Part shown: one piece after another, positions 36,070-45,900 of the stretch | Layout of the letters: each line of letters begins with the position of its first letter | Position numbering within the stretch: position 1 is the first letter of the stretch | DNA from: an uncultured Steroidobacteraceae bacterium | Lineage (GTDB): Bacteria > Pseudomonadota > Gammaproteobacteria > Steroidobacterales > Steroidobacteraceae | Direction of reading: 5' to 3' | DNA length: 63,847 nucleotides | NCBI GenBank assembly: GCA_964657675.1 | Contig: CAZZWE010000003.1 | Location: 1-63,847, forward strand | Notes under the pieces: generated by a model | Databases searched by the model: none | The model's input: only the letters and a program-made list of their open reading frames with translations | What the model was told of the DNA's origin: nothing | Program-made: the position numbers and the translations under genes

Positions 36070-38262
36070 ATGGCCCTTCGTAAACTTGCATTCGGCATCC
36101 TGCTTTGCGCCACAGCGGCGTTGGGTTCTTCCCCGAGCCGAGCCGAACCCAGCACAGCCGCCCAAGTCGATCGCGCCCGACTGCTCGCGGCAGACCACGA
36201 ACCGGGCACCTGGATGACCGCAGGACGGGATGCCGGCAAATCCCACTATTCGCCACTCGCTTCCATCAATGCCGGGACCCTCGAGCAGCTCGGGTTCGCT
36301 TGGGACTTCGCCACTCACACCAATCGAGGCCTTGAAGCCACGCCCATTGTCGTCGACGGGGTGCTGTACACATCGGGCGTTTCGGGCCGCGCGTATGCGC
36401 TCGATGCCAGGAGCGGCCATGAAATTTGGGCGTTCGATCCGCAAGTCGACGGGCAAACCGCGCGCAAAACCTGTTGCGACGTCGTCAACCGCGGTGTCGC
36501 CGTATGGAAAGGCTCGGTGTATGTCGCGGCGTTGGACGGCCGGCTGTTTGCACTCGATGCTGCGACGGGCCACGTGCGCTGGACGGTCGACACGATCACC
36601 GACCACACCCGCGGCTACACCAGCACCGGCGCCCCCGAGATCGCCGGTGAGCAAGTGGTCATCGGCAACGCCGGCGGTGAATATGACGGACGCGGTTATG
36701 TGAGCGCCTACGATCTCGCGTCGGGAAAACTGCGATGGCGCTTTTTCACCGTGCCCGGTGATCCGACGTTGCCGTTCGAAAACCCCGAACTCAAACACGC
36801 CGCCGCCACCTGGGATCCGCACAGCCGCTGGGACGTGGGTCTTGGCGCACCCGTTTGGGATGGCATGGTGTACGACCCGAGGCTCGATCTTCTGTATGTC
36901 GCGACGGGCAATGCGGCACCCTGGGCCGCCAAAACCCGAAGCCCCCGCGGCGGCGACAATCTTTTTACCTGCTCGATCCTGGCCATCCATGCCCGGACCG
37001 GCCGGCTCGCCTGGTACTACCAGGAGGTGCCCGGCGATCAATGGGACTACGACTCCACCGCGCCGATGATCCTGGCCGATCTCTCGATCGACGGCAGGCG
37101 TCGCCGCGTGCTCATGCACGCGCCCAAGAACGGTTTCTTCTACGTGTTCGACCGTTCCAGCGGGGCCCTGATCTCCGCCAAGAATTTTGTGCCGGTCAAT
37201 TGGACCACCGGCATCGATCCGAAGTCGCACCGCGCCATCATCAATACTCAGGCCGCCGACTACACCAATGGCCCGAAAGCTGTATTTCCGTGGGGCGGCG
37301 GTGCGCACAGTTGGACGCCCATGGCTTACAGCTCGCAAAGCGGGCTGGTGTACATTCCCGTGAGCGAGGGCGCGAACATTCTGTTCGATGCGGCGCAAAC
37401 CCATGAGCGGCGCGTGGGCCTGACGAACTCAGAGACCTCGAGCATCGCATTGGGCGCATTCAAGATGCCGCCGCCGCCGAACCTGTCCACGGAGCTGCGC
37501 GCCGCCTTGGATGCACCCGAACTCACCGCCGGCGTGCCTTCAAAGCGTATCAGCGCTTATCTGGATGCCTGGGATCCCATCCGACAACAGCGGGTATGGC
37601 GGCACGAAGAACCCAATTTATTTGACCGCAGCGGTGTACTGGCCACGGCCGGGGGAATCATCGTGCAAGGCGACATCGAGGGCAACCTTAACTTTTATGA
37701 TGCGCGCAGCGGTGAGTTGCTGCGCGCGATCGACCTCGGCAGTTCCATCATCGCCGCGCCCATGACCTATGTCATCGATGGCGAACAATATATTGCCGTC
37801 ATGGCGGGACTCGGCGGAGGTCCGCTGTCCTATGCACCGCCGCCGGGCAGCGCAGCGGATCGATATGGCAATCAAGGACGGGTCATCGCGTTGAAACTCG
37901 GCGGTGTGAATCCCCCGCTGCCGCCGCTGCTGCCACCGCCGCCGCCCGTTCCCGAACCGCCGGCCAACACGGCATCGCCCGAGCAGATTAACAACGGCGC
38001 ACGCCTGTTCGCACAGAACTGCGGGCGCTGCCATTTGAATGCCGGCACGCGCGGCGCAACCCCGGATCTGCGCCGCATGAGCGCGGCCACCCATGATGCT
38101 TTCAAGCAAATCGTTCTCAACGGGCTGCTAAGGCCGCTCGGCATGCCGCAGTGGGACGATGTGTTCAGCGAGCAGCAGGTCGATGACATTCACGCGTACT
38201 TGATTTCGATTTCGGCACAGGCCTACCTCATGGACCGCGCGGCCGCAGCGCCGCCACTTTGA
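36070..38262 (+). CDS. quinohemoprotein (PQQ + cytochrome c) alcohol dehydrogenase, type II
   Basis: Signal peptide. Vicinal-Cys ring motif KTCCDVVNRG. Propeller W-repeats, a Pro-rich linker, and a C-terminal heme c site CGRCH. Confidence 0.88.
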   Translation: MALRKLAFGILLCATAALGSSPSRAEPSTAAQVDRARLLAADHEPGTWMTAGRDAGKSHYSPLASINAGTLEQLGFAWDFATHTNRGLEATPIVVDGVLYTSGVSGRAYALDARSGHEIWAFDPQVDGQTARKTCCDVVNRGVAVWKGSVYVAALDGRLFALDAATGHVRWTVDTITDHTRGYTSTGAPEIAGEQVVIGNAGGEYDGRGYVSAYDLASGKLRWRFFTVPGDPTLPFENPELKHAAATWDPHSRWDVGLGAPVWDGMVYDPRLDLLYVATGNAAPWAAKTRSPRGGDNLFTCSILAIHARTGRLAWYYQEVPGDQWDYDSTAPMILADLSIDGRRRRVLMHAPKNGFFYVFDRSSGALISAKNFVPVNWTTGIDPKSHRAIINTQAADYTNGPKAVFPWGGGAHSWTPMAYSSQSGLVYIPVSEGANILFDAAQTHERRVGLTNSETSSIALGAFKMPPPPNLSTELRAALDAPELTAGVPSKRISAYLDAWDPIRQQRVWRHEEPNLFDRSGVLATAGGIIVQGDIEGNLNFYDARSGELLRAIDLGSSIIAAPMTYVIDGEQYIAVMAGLGGGPLSYAPPPGSAADRYGNQGRVIALKLGGVNPPLPPLLPPPPPVPEPPANTASPEQINNGARLFAQNCGRCHLNAGTRGATPDLRRMSAATHDAFKQIVLNGLLRPLGMPQWDDVFSEQQVDDIHAYLISISAQAYLMDRAAAAPPL

Positions 38263-39464
38263 AAACCGGATTCATCCGCACCGCCCTCATCCTAGGCTTG
38301 CTGTCGACCATCGGACCGTTTGCCATCGACATGTACCTGCCGGGCCTGCCGGCCATCGGCAGGGAATTGCATGCCAGCACCGTACAAGTGCAATTGAGCC
38401 TGGTGGCTTTCATCGTCGCAGCCGGTTTGAGTCAGCTAGTCTATGGACCGGCATCCGACATCCTGGGCCGCAAGTTGCCGATCTGTTTCGGGCTCACTGT
38501 ATTCGCGCTCGCAAGCGCGTGTTGTGCATTCGCCTCGCGCATCGAGACGCTGGTCGCTTTGCGAATGTTGCAGGGCATTGGCGCCTGCGCGACCATGGTG
38601 CTGACTCGCGCCATCGTTCGTGATCTTTATAACGGCCAAGAGGCGGTGCGCATGATGGGTCTGCTGATCCTGGTCTTCAGCATCTCACCCATTCTGGCGC
38701 CGCTGGTCGGCAGCCTGGTGGTTGCCGCCACGGGATGGCGGACTATTTTCGTGCTGGTCGCGACCGCCGCGGTACTCGGCTTGCTGCTGGTGCTGCTACT
38801 GTTGAAAGAGAGTCGCTCGACAGCAGCCCGGCGGTCAAGTTCGTGGCATCACATTTTGGGCAACTACTCGGGACTGATCAGAGACACGCATTTTCTGGGA
38901 CTGAGCGCCCTGTCAGGCTTCTCGTTCGGCGCCTTCATGATTTATCTCGCCAACTCCTCGTTCATTCTCATCGGACATTACGGCCTGACCCCTACGCAAT
39001 ACAGCCTGTGCTTTTCGCTGAACGCCATTGCATTTGTGGCCATGGCTCAAGTCAACGGCTGGCTGGTAGCGCATTTCTCGCTCATTCGCGTGGTCAAGAC
39101 GGCGGTCTTTGGTGTGACCCTTTCAATGCTGACACTGCTGATGCTGGTGATTGCCGGCGTGGATGACCTGCGGGTGATCGCGGGCGTTCTGTTCATTGGC
39201 TATGGATTTTTGGGACCCATCATGCCGAATGCCATGGTACTCGGCCTTGAGCACTATGGACGGATCGCGGGAACGGCCTCAGCGCTTTTCGGCACGGTCC
39301 ACATGCTTATTTCCGCCGGAGTCATGGGCATCAGCGGCCTCTTTGCCAATGGCACACTGTTGCCCATGGTAGCCGCGATTGCGGCGACCACGGTATGCGC
39401 ATTCGTCGTAACATTTATACTGCTTCCGGTGCGACCGGCACCGCAGGCGTCCGACGCGGCTTAG
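38259..39464 (+). CDS. MFS transporter, Bcr/CflA drug-resistance subfamily
   Basis: 12-TM profile with motif GPASDILGRK. TTG start overlaps the ADH stop (TTGA). Confidence 0.85.
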   Translation: MKTGFIRTALILGLLSTIGPFAIDMYLPGLPAIGRELHASTVQVQLSLVAFIVAAGLSQLVYGPASDILGRKLPICFGLTVFALASACCAFASRIETLVALRMLQGIGACATMVLTRAIVRDLYNGQEAVRMMGLLILVFSISPILAPLVGSLVVAATGWRTIFVLVATAAVLGLLLVLLLLKESRSTAARRSSSWHHILGNYSGLIRDTHFLGLSALSGFSFGAFMIYLANSSFILIGHYGLTPTQYSLCFSLNAIAFVAMAQVNGWLVAHFSLIRVVKTAVFGVTLSMLTLLMLVIAGVDDLRVIAGVLFIGYGFLGPIMPNAMVLGLEHYGRIAGTASALFGTVHMLISAGVMGISGLFANGTLLPMVAAIAATTVCAFVVTFILLPVRPAPQASDAA

Positions 39465-39514
39465 CGAGCGCCTGTCATCTCGTTGCAATACGGCAGGACT
39501 AGCCTCACCAAGCC

Positions 39515-39721
39515 GTGAAAACACCCAATCGAGAGAGCATCGAAGGTTTTCAGCAAATGGTTGCAGACCTGCTGGATTTGCCGCCGGGATCCAATGATTC
39601 CGCGGTGCGCAACGCATTGCGCGCGAAGGGTGGGGACTTGATCGTCTGGTATGACACCCGGTTGTTGGGAATTACGGAGTCCAAAGCTCGAGCAGCACCG
39701 CGGGTAGCTCGCTCTCATTGA
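39515..39721 (+). CDS. hypothetical protein (68 aa), doubtful
   Basis: GTG-started ORF in a gap. GC3 is about 59 percent, lower than the neighbours. I saw no motif and no clear SD. Confidence 0.3.
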   Translation: MKTPNRESIEGFQQMVADLLDLPPGSNDSAVRNALRAKGGDLIVWYDTRLLGITESKARAAPRVARSH

Positions 39722-39744
39722 TGAAAACGAACTTCGATGCTCGA

Positions 39745-40530
39745 TTAGATTAAAGCATCTTGAGCAGATCTCGCAGGTTTCATCATCTTGGACAATTGTT
39801 TGAGCATGAAACCGGGGGCGATCCGGCTCATGGCCTTCAGCACATTGCTGAGGCCCGGACGAATCTCCAGGTGTCCGGCTTCGATGGCCGAAAGTGCGTG
39901 ACTGGCAAACTTCTTCACATCCATTCCCTTCTGATCCTTCATTTCCTCCGCAAATTCGCCGCGCAGCAGCGGTGTCTCCACGGCGGGTGGTGCGAGCTCG
40001 ATGACCGTGACGGAAGTTCCCTTCATCTGCACGCGCAATGATTGACTGAAGGAGTGAATCGCCGCTTTGGTCGCGCAGTAGATCGGAGAAATCGGCATCG
40101 GGACGAAAGCGAGGCCGGAGGATACGTTCACGATCAATGCGTTCTGACGTCCGAGCAGATGCGGCAGGAACTGTTGCACCATTCTGACGGGACCGCTCAA
40201 ATTGATTTGGATTTCGCGCGTCACGTCGTCCAATCCCCGTGCTTGGGTAAGGTCCAGATTGCGCATGATTCCGGCGTTGTTGATCAGCGTGTCCAGCGCC
40301 GGAAACTTCGTGGTCACGCTCTCATACAGCGCCGCGATCGCGCCCGCGTCGCTCACATCGCTGTTGTAGGTATGCACCGTGGGATGCGTTCGCTGGATGG
40401 CATCGAGCTTGCGCGCGTCCCGGCCGGTGACGATTACCGTGTTATTGCGCTTCAGCAGTTGCTCAGCGATTTCCAGGCCGATGCCACTCGTTCCACCGGT
40501 GATCAAAATGGTTCTATTCTCAAGTTTCAT
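39745..40530 (-). CDS. SDR family oxidoreductase
   Basis: Cofactor motif ITGGTSGIGLE and catalytic YCATKAA. ATG 40530 is preceded by GGAGAA. The ORF opens at 40620. Confidence 0.88.
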   Translation of the reverse strand: MKLENRTILITGGTSGIGLEIAEQLLKRNNTVIVTGRDARKLDAIQRTHPTVHTYNSDVSDAGAIAALYESVTTKFPALDTLINNAGIMRNLDLTQARGLDDVTREIQINLSGPVRMVQQFLPHLLGRQNALIVNVSSGLAFVPMPISPIYCATKAAIHSFSQSLRVQMKGTSVTVIELAPPAVETPLLRGEFAEEMKDQKGMDVKKFASHALSAIEAGHLEIRPGLSNVLKAMSRIAPGFMLKQLSKMMKPARSAQDALI

Positions 40531-40573
40531 GGGATTCTCCAGTGTTTGATTGCTTGCGAGCATCCTAGCGCTT

Positions 40574-40631
40574 ACACTCTCCAAACGAAAGAAGGCACCG
40601 CAAAGTGCTATACGTACCAAAAGGAGAGTGT
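40574..40631 (+). promoter_or_regulatory. 9-bp perfect inverted repeat pairing the HxlR Shine-Dalgarno with an upstream anti-SD
   Basis: ACACTCTCC (40574-40582) and GGAGAGTGT (40623-40631) are separated by 40 nt. The right arm contains the GGAGAG SD 3-4 nt before GTG 40635. Confidence 0.4.
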
Positions 40632-40634
40632 CAA

Positions 40635-41069
40635 GTGACTGCAGTTCCGCGCTTCACGCCGCAAGAAATCGAGAAAGCCAAGAAATATGCAGCCCAAACT
40701 CCGCCGCGTGACATCGACCCTCGCATCGAAGCGCTGGTCAACGACCTGATCGGGCGCGTGGCGGACAAGTGGACCATGCTGGTCCTTGAGGTGTTAACGG
40801 AAAAAGGCGAGCTTCGATTTACCCGCCTGAGCGAATTCGTCGAAGGCATCAGCCAAAAGATGCTCACGCAAACCTTGCGCCAGATGGAGCGGGACGGATT
40901 GATTACCCGAACGGTTCATCCGGTCGTGCCGCCGCGAGTCGAATACCGTCTCACCGGACTGGGCTTAAGCCTGGGCGCGGCATTCTGCGGCGTATGGGTG
41001 TGGGCTGCGGAAAATCTCAAAGAGGTGGAACGTGCGCGCCGCAAGTTCGATAAGGTGGGCCACGACTAA
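40635..41069 (+). CDS. HxlR family (MarR-like winged helix) transcriptional regulator
   Basis: Signature DKWTMLVLEVL...LSEFVEGISQKMLTQTLRQMERDGLITR. GTG 40635 is preceded by AAGGAGAG. The ORF opens at GTG 40605. Confidence 0.85.
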   Translation: MTAVPRFTPQEIEKAKKYAAQTPPRDIDPRIEALVNDLIGRVADKWTMLVLEVLTEKGELRFTRLSEFVEGISQKMLTQTLRQMERDGLITRTVHPVVPPRVEYRLTGLGLSLGAAFCGVWVWAAENLKEVERARRKFDKVGHD

Positions 41070-41082
41070 TCACTGCAGGGTA

Positions 41083-41712
41083 CTACGGTGGCCGCCGCAC
41101 GGCACGCACCTTGCCGCTGCTGCCACCGCCGCAGAAGAACCGATCCGCGCCGTCGCTTTCAAGACCCGAAACACCGATGCCAGCCGGCATCTCGAGGACC
41201 TCAAGCACTTCTCCCGTGGCGGGATCCAGGCGCTGCAATTCACCCCGATCGTCATCCCAGGTGCCGTGCCACAGTTCATCGTCGACCCAGGTCACCCCGG
41301 TCACCTGCCGGCTGCACTCGATGACGCGCATGACTGCGCCCGTCGTTGGCTCAACCTGTAGGATTTTGCGATTGCGGTATTGTCCGACCCAGAGCATTCC
41401 CTCCGCCCAGGCCATGCCTGAATTACCGCCCTCGGGCGCCGGGACGGTTGCAACGATTTCACCGCTGTCACGATCGATCTTCTGAATCTTGCCCTGCGAC
41501 AACTGATACAGATGCTTGCCGTCGAAGGCGGTGCCGGATTCGGCCGAAACCGGGAGGGAGCGTACGGAGTTTCCCGTGTCGGGATCGAAAGCGACCAGTT
41601 TGTCGTCGGCCGCATACCAAACGTCGTTGCCATCGAAGGTCACGCCGTTGATCCGCTGCGCACCGGCAAACGGTCCGTACTCGCGCACGATCTCGGCTTT
41701 GGATTTTTTCAT
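41083..41712 (-). CDS. small leaderless beta-propeller repeat protein (glutamine-cyclotransferase-like), function unknown
   Basis: Five repeats of about 40 aa (GVTFDG, GTAFDG, GMAWAEG, GVTWVDD, VSGLESDG). No signal peptide. Confidence 0.6.
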   Translation of the reverse strand: MKKSKAEIVREYGPFAGAQRINGVTFDGNDVWYAADDKLVAFDPDTGNSVRSLPVSAESGTAFDGKHLYQLSQGKIQKIDRDSGEIVATVPAPEGGNSGMAWAEGMLWVGQYRNRKILQVEPTTGAVMRVIECSRQVTGVTWVDDELWHGTWDDDRGELQRLDPATGEVLEVLEMPAGIGVSGLESDGADRFFCGGGSSGKVRAVRRPP

Positions 41713-41721
41713 CAGGCAATT

Positions 41722-42906
41722 TTAGTCATTTGGCAGAGGTCCCGGGAGTAACAAAGTTGTCGTGAATCCCAACGCGGGCGCGCCCGTCCAGCGACACGCA
41801 CGTCCACGGCCAAAGGACAGCACCTTGCGGTCCGCGGCCAGCGATTTCAGTGCGCGTTGCACCGTGCGCGGACCGGCACCGAGCGCCACCGACAAAGCCG
41901 CACTCGACCAGGCCTCGCCGTCCGCCAGCAGCGCGAGCAACGCGGCATGCTGATCGTCGACCAGGGGCGCCAACACAGAAACACGACGCGCATGACGCAG
42001 GGTCAGCGCGAAGCCGGCGGGTGTGGCCGTCACATTCGCGAACGGTCGCAGGGCACCGCGCACACGCGCCATCTGCACGCGCAAGCGTACTCGGTGCGAA
42101 CCATCCACCCGCCTGGCACGAAAGGCGCGTCCAATGAGCGCATTCCTCGTCACATCGCTGGGCCACGCTTCCGCAAGCGCGCGGACCAGCGAGAACATGA
42201 CGGGACGCCGGGTGAAATCAATGACCGGGCCAACGCCGCGCACGACCTGACGGCAGGCATCGACGACCAGCGTCGCGCGCGCCAACAGCGCTTCGACTTC
42301 GGCGAGATTCACCGTGCGCTCAACGCCATCGCAGGTCACGCGTGCGGCCGGCGACTGAAGCACGACCTTGGCCCGTTCGACCTCGGCGATCAGCGCAGGT
42401 CTTCGCGATTGGCGCGCGGCCCGTTCGGCACGGCGAAGCGCCACGCCCGCCGCGATCAGTTCGTAGGAGGCTCGCAGAGCGGGCGGCCAGGGCGCCGGAT
42501 CCAGTGTTGCAAATGCGGCCTCGGCGGCATCAAGCTGTCCGACCAACAGCAGGCGCCGAATCTCGAGATGCCGTGCGTGAGCCGCGTTGATCCAATCTCC
42601 CTGCCGTTCGAGCGCAGCGCGGGCCGTGCTCAGCGCTTTCGGTTGCCGTCCCAGGTCGCGGGAGACCAGCGCGATTTCCGCCTCTGCCACGATGCAACGG
42701 GCGCGCGCCACGGATTCGTGCGCGCCGAAACGGCGGGCAGCCTCTCGCAGCAGCGCTTTCGCCCGGCTGGTTTCTCCGAGCTGCGCCATCGCGATACCGC
42801 GCAGCGCCAACGCAGGCGCATCAGTCCGCAGGCCGACCTGGCTCAGCACTCCGATGAGGTCGCCGACCGCCAACGCCCGCGCCGAAGTCGTGATCAGCGC
42901 ATCCAT
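41722..42906 (-). CDS. hypothetical regulatory protein: helical-repeat N-domain plus OmpR-like and C-terminal winged-helix regions
   Basis: Ala/Leu/Arg-rich TPR-like N-half. The central segment FTRRPVMFSLVRALAEAWPSDVTRNALIGRAF...RVRLRVQMARVRGAL resembles trans_reg_C. The C-terminus has an HTH (RTVQRALKSLAADRKVLSFG). GGAG lies 4 nt before the ATG. Confidence 0.6.
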   Translation of the reverse strand: MDALITTSARALAVGDLIGVLSQVGLRTDAPALALRGIAMAQLGETSRAKALLREAARRFGAHESVARARCIVAEAEIALVSRDLGRQPKALSTARAALERQGDWINAAHARHLEIRRLLLVGQLDAAEAAFATLDPAPWPPALRASYELIAAGVALRRAERAARQSRRPALIAEVERAKVVLQSPAARVTCDGVERTVNLAEVEALLARATLVVDACRQVVRGVGPVIDFTRRPVMFSLVRALAEAWPSDVTRNALIGRAFRARRVDGSHRVRLRVQMARVRGALRPFANVTATPAGFALTLRHARRVSVLAPLVDDQHAALLALLADGEAWSSAALSVALGAGPRTVQRALKSLAADRKVLSFGRGRACRWTGAPALGFTTTLLLPGPLPND

Positions 42907-42916
42907 CCAACTCCGC

Positions 42917-45900
42917 TCAACGCGAGTGCCAGAAAAATGTAGGCGCCGCCGCTTCGCGCGGCCACAGCGCCTTCATCGTCTCCCCATCCCATACCTCGCC
43001 ATTCTTCACCACCCACTGAATCTTGACCGAGTTGTGGATGTCCTCCAACGGGTTGGCGTTCAGCACCACGAAGTCCGCCAGCTTGCCCACTTCAATGGAG
43101 CCTAAGTCCACCGCCAGCCCAAGCTTCTCGGCTGCCAGAATGGTCGAGGCCCGCAATGCTTCGGCCGGTGTCATGGCGTAATTCTTTTGCGCGGCGCCCT
43201 CGCCCGCCATGGCCCACAGCTCCCAATGCGGCCCCAACCCTTGCAATTGTCCGTGCGCGCCGAGCGAGACGTTGCCGCCCGCACGCAGCACTTCCGCAGC
43301 GCCGTGCGCCACGATGGGAAAGAAATACTCGTTCGGCCAAATCCACGGATGCCGTCGGGCCATCTTGTCGATGGAGTCGTGCGGCACGAAGCGATTCAAC
43401 TTGGCGTCATCATGCGGGTTCTGGTTCTGCCAGTAGTACAGCTCGCCCCACGGACCGCCATAGGCCACCAGCAACGTTGGAGTGTAGAAGGTCTTCGACT
43501 GGGCGATGAAGTTGACCGCATCGCTGCTCAGCTGCACCGGAAGCGCGTGCTCCCAGGCCGTGTATCCGTCGGTGACCATGGTCAGATCCGTGGACAACTC
43601 GCCGCCGCCTTCGGCGGTCAGCAGCATGTGCAGCTCGCGGCAGGCCTGCGCCAGCCAGATGCGCTGCGAGCGACGCGGCTGCTGATACACCTTGATCATG
43701 CGCGCGCCATACGCCTGCATGCGCCGAACCTGGCGCCTCGCATCATCGAGGCTGTTGATCTCGGCATAGATACCCGTCTGTTGACCGCCGTAAAGAATGG
43801 TCCCCGAGGAGTACACCCGCGGGCCGATCATCACACCCGCTTCCACATCCTGCGCCTGACTGAACACATCCAAAGACGGCGCAGACGGGTCGTACACCGT
43901 GGTGACGCCATAGGCGAGATTGGCAAGATATTGCCACTTGGCCTCGGGAAAGATTTCGTAGGCCGAGTAGTGCAAGTGCGCATGGGTATCGATGAGCCCA
44001 GGGATGACGGTCTTGCCTTCCCCGTCGTACACCTTCGCGCCGGCGGGCACGGTGATGCTGCCGGTGGTCCCCATCGCGGCGATTCGGCTGTCAGTCACCA
44101 GCACATCCGCATGTTCCAAAACGGTATCGCCGTTCTCCGTGATGATTCGGGCACCGCGCAGTACGAACGAGCCGGTGGCGGTGGCCCGCGGCGCCGTCAG
44201 GGTCAGTTCGATCGACTCGGATGGAGGGACCGTTGGCTTCTTGTCGGCCTTGTCATCCTTGGGCGCATCGGCGCCGTCCGATTTTCCCTTCTGTTCGGCT
44301 TCGCGCTGTCTCGCCCGAACGAACTCGAGCGCATTGCTTAAGGGCAATCGATGGAAGGTGCTCGCGAGCGTCCAAGTCAACGCCTTGCCGCCATCCGCCC
44401 AACGCACGTAGCCACCCGCATCATCGGAGAGTCGATAGATGGGCACGGCACCATCCTTGAGACTGACTTCTGCGGGTTCTTTGGCAACGACGCCAGGCAT
44501 CGGTGTCACGTACACATTGTCGTCCAATGTGTAGGCCACCCATTGCTCATCGGGCGACGGCACGAGTTCCCCGACAGCCGGCAATCGTAAAAGATGTTTG
44601 CTGTCCGTCCCGTCGAGACGAACCGACACCAGATCACTCTTCGGATCGTCAGTCGGTTTCTTGGTCTCCTGCGGTTCCAGGTACAACAGCCGCGTGCTGT
44701 CGGCGCTCCAGAACGCCTGGGGATTGAACTTGTTGGCTTCGCCCGGCTTGACCGCCACCACCGGTTGCACGTCGCCGCCTGATGAGGAGAGCACGGCCAG
44801 CGTGAAGTACTCCTCGTCCTCCGGCTGTCGACCGCGCAATTCCAATCCTGATCCGCGACTGACGGCAATGTGGCGTTGGTCGGGCGACCAGGTGGGATTG
44901 GCGTAATGACCGGCTTGGGTGGTCAGCCGCACGGGCTTCGAGCCCGGCTGTGCGCGAACCTTCCACACCTGACCGGCTTCGCTGTCGCCCCAGGACACAA
45001 ACGCGATCCACTGACCGTCGGGAGAAATGTCGGGCGCGTATTCGCGCGGCGACGCCGCCTTGTTGTCCACGGTCAACCGGCGCGGCGCACCGGTCGGCTT
45101 GCCATCGGCGAGGCTCTGCAGCCAAATTCGGCCGAACGCCTCGAAGGCGACAAATTTATTGTTTTGCGATTCGCTCGGCCAGCGGATGATGCGCGCACGC
45201 ACCGGGCCCTGCTCGGTCTTCTCCTGCCATGTCACCAGCGGGGCAAGCGATTGATCCACATGCGCCGTGAACGGGATTTCGTGACGCGCCCCGGTGGACA
45301 CTTCAACCCGCACCAACTTGCCGCGATCGGAGAAAATGACCGCCGCACCGTCGGGCGTGAAAGCGTAGTTCGGCCATAAGTCCATCTGCGCGAAGCCCTC
45401 CTGCTCATCGCGCGTCACGGGCTGGGCTAAAATAAGTTCCGCGCCGCTGCCCAGGTCGCGCGCGATCAGCACGGTGTCGTCATCGCGCCGGGAGGTGTAC
45501 ACCAGCACCTTGCCATTCGGCGAGATCGCAGGGCGCGCCGCTCCGCCATACCCTGAGGTGATGGGCAAGGTCTGCGAGGTCACCCGATCGAATCTGACGA
45601 TCTGCCACAGCCCGTTGCTGAGATTGGGGATGTAGTTGAACGAGCGCGGACGCACCGAGTAATAAATATAGCGGCCGTCTTTGGAGACTACCGCCCCGCC
45701 CGCATTATTGGCATCGTCAGCCGATGTGAGCTTGATGCCACCGCCGCCCTCACGGTGATAGACCCACAGCTCCACGGGCGGAATGCCCGCACGCTTTCCA
45801 TCCTCCTTGCGGGCCACCATGTAATTACCGTCCGGCGTCCAGGCGGCACTGCGAACGTAGGCATCCTTTTCGGTCGTCAGAGGGCGGGGATTGCCGCCGT

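Noticed and set aside
36031-37404. 457-aa ORF antisense to the PQQ alcohol dehydrogenase
   Set aside because: It is the same high-GC antisense artefact. The sense strand carries the CC ring motif, propeller repeats and a heme site.
37900-37975. CCG/CCA-rich repetitive stretch as a possible tandem repeat element
   Set aside because: It is in frame and encodes the Pro-rich linker (PPLPPLLPPPPPVPEPP) between the PQQ and cytochrome c domains of the ADH.
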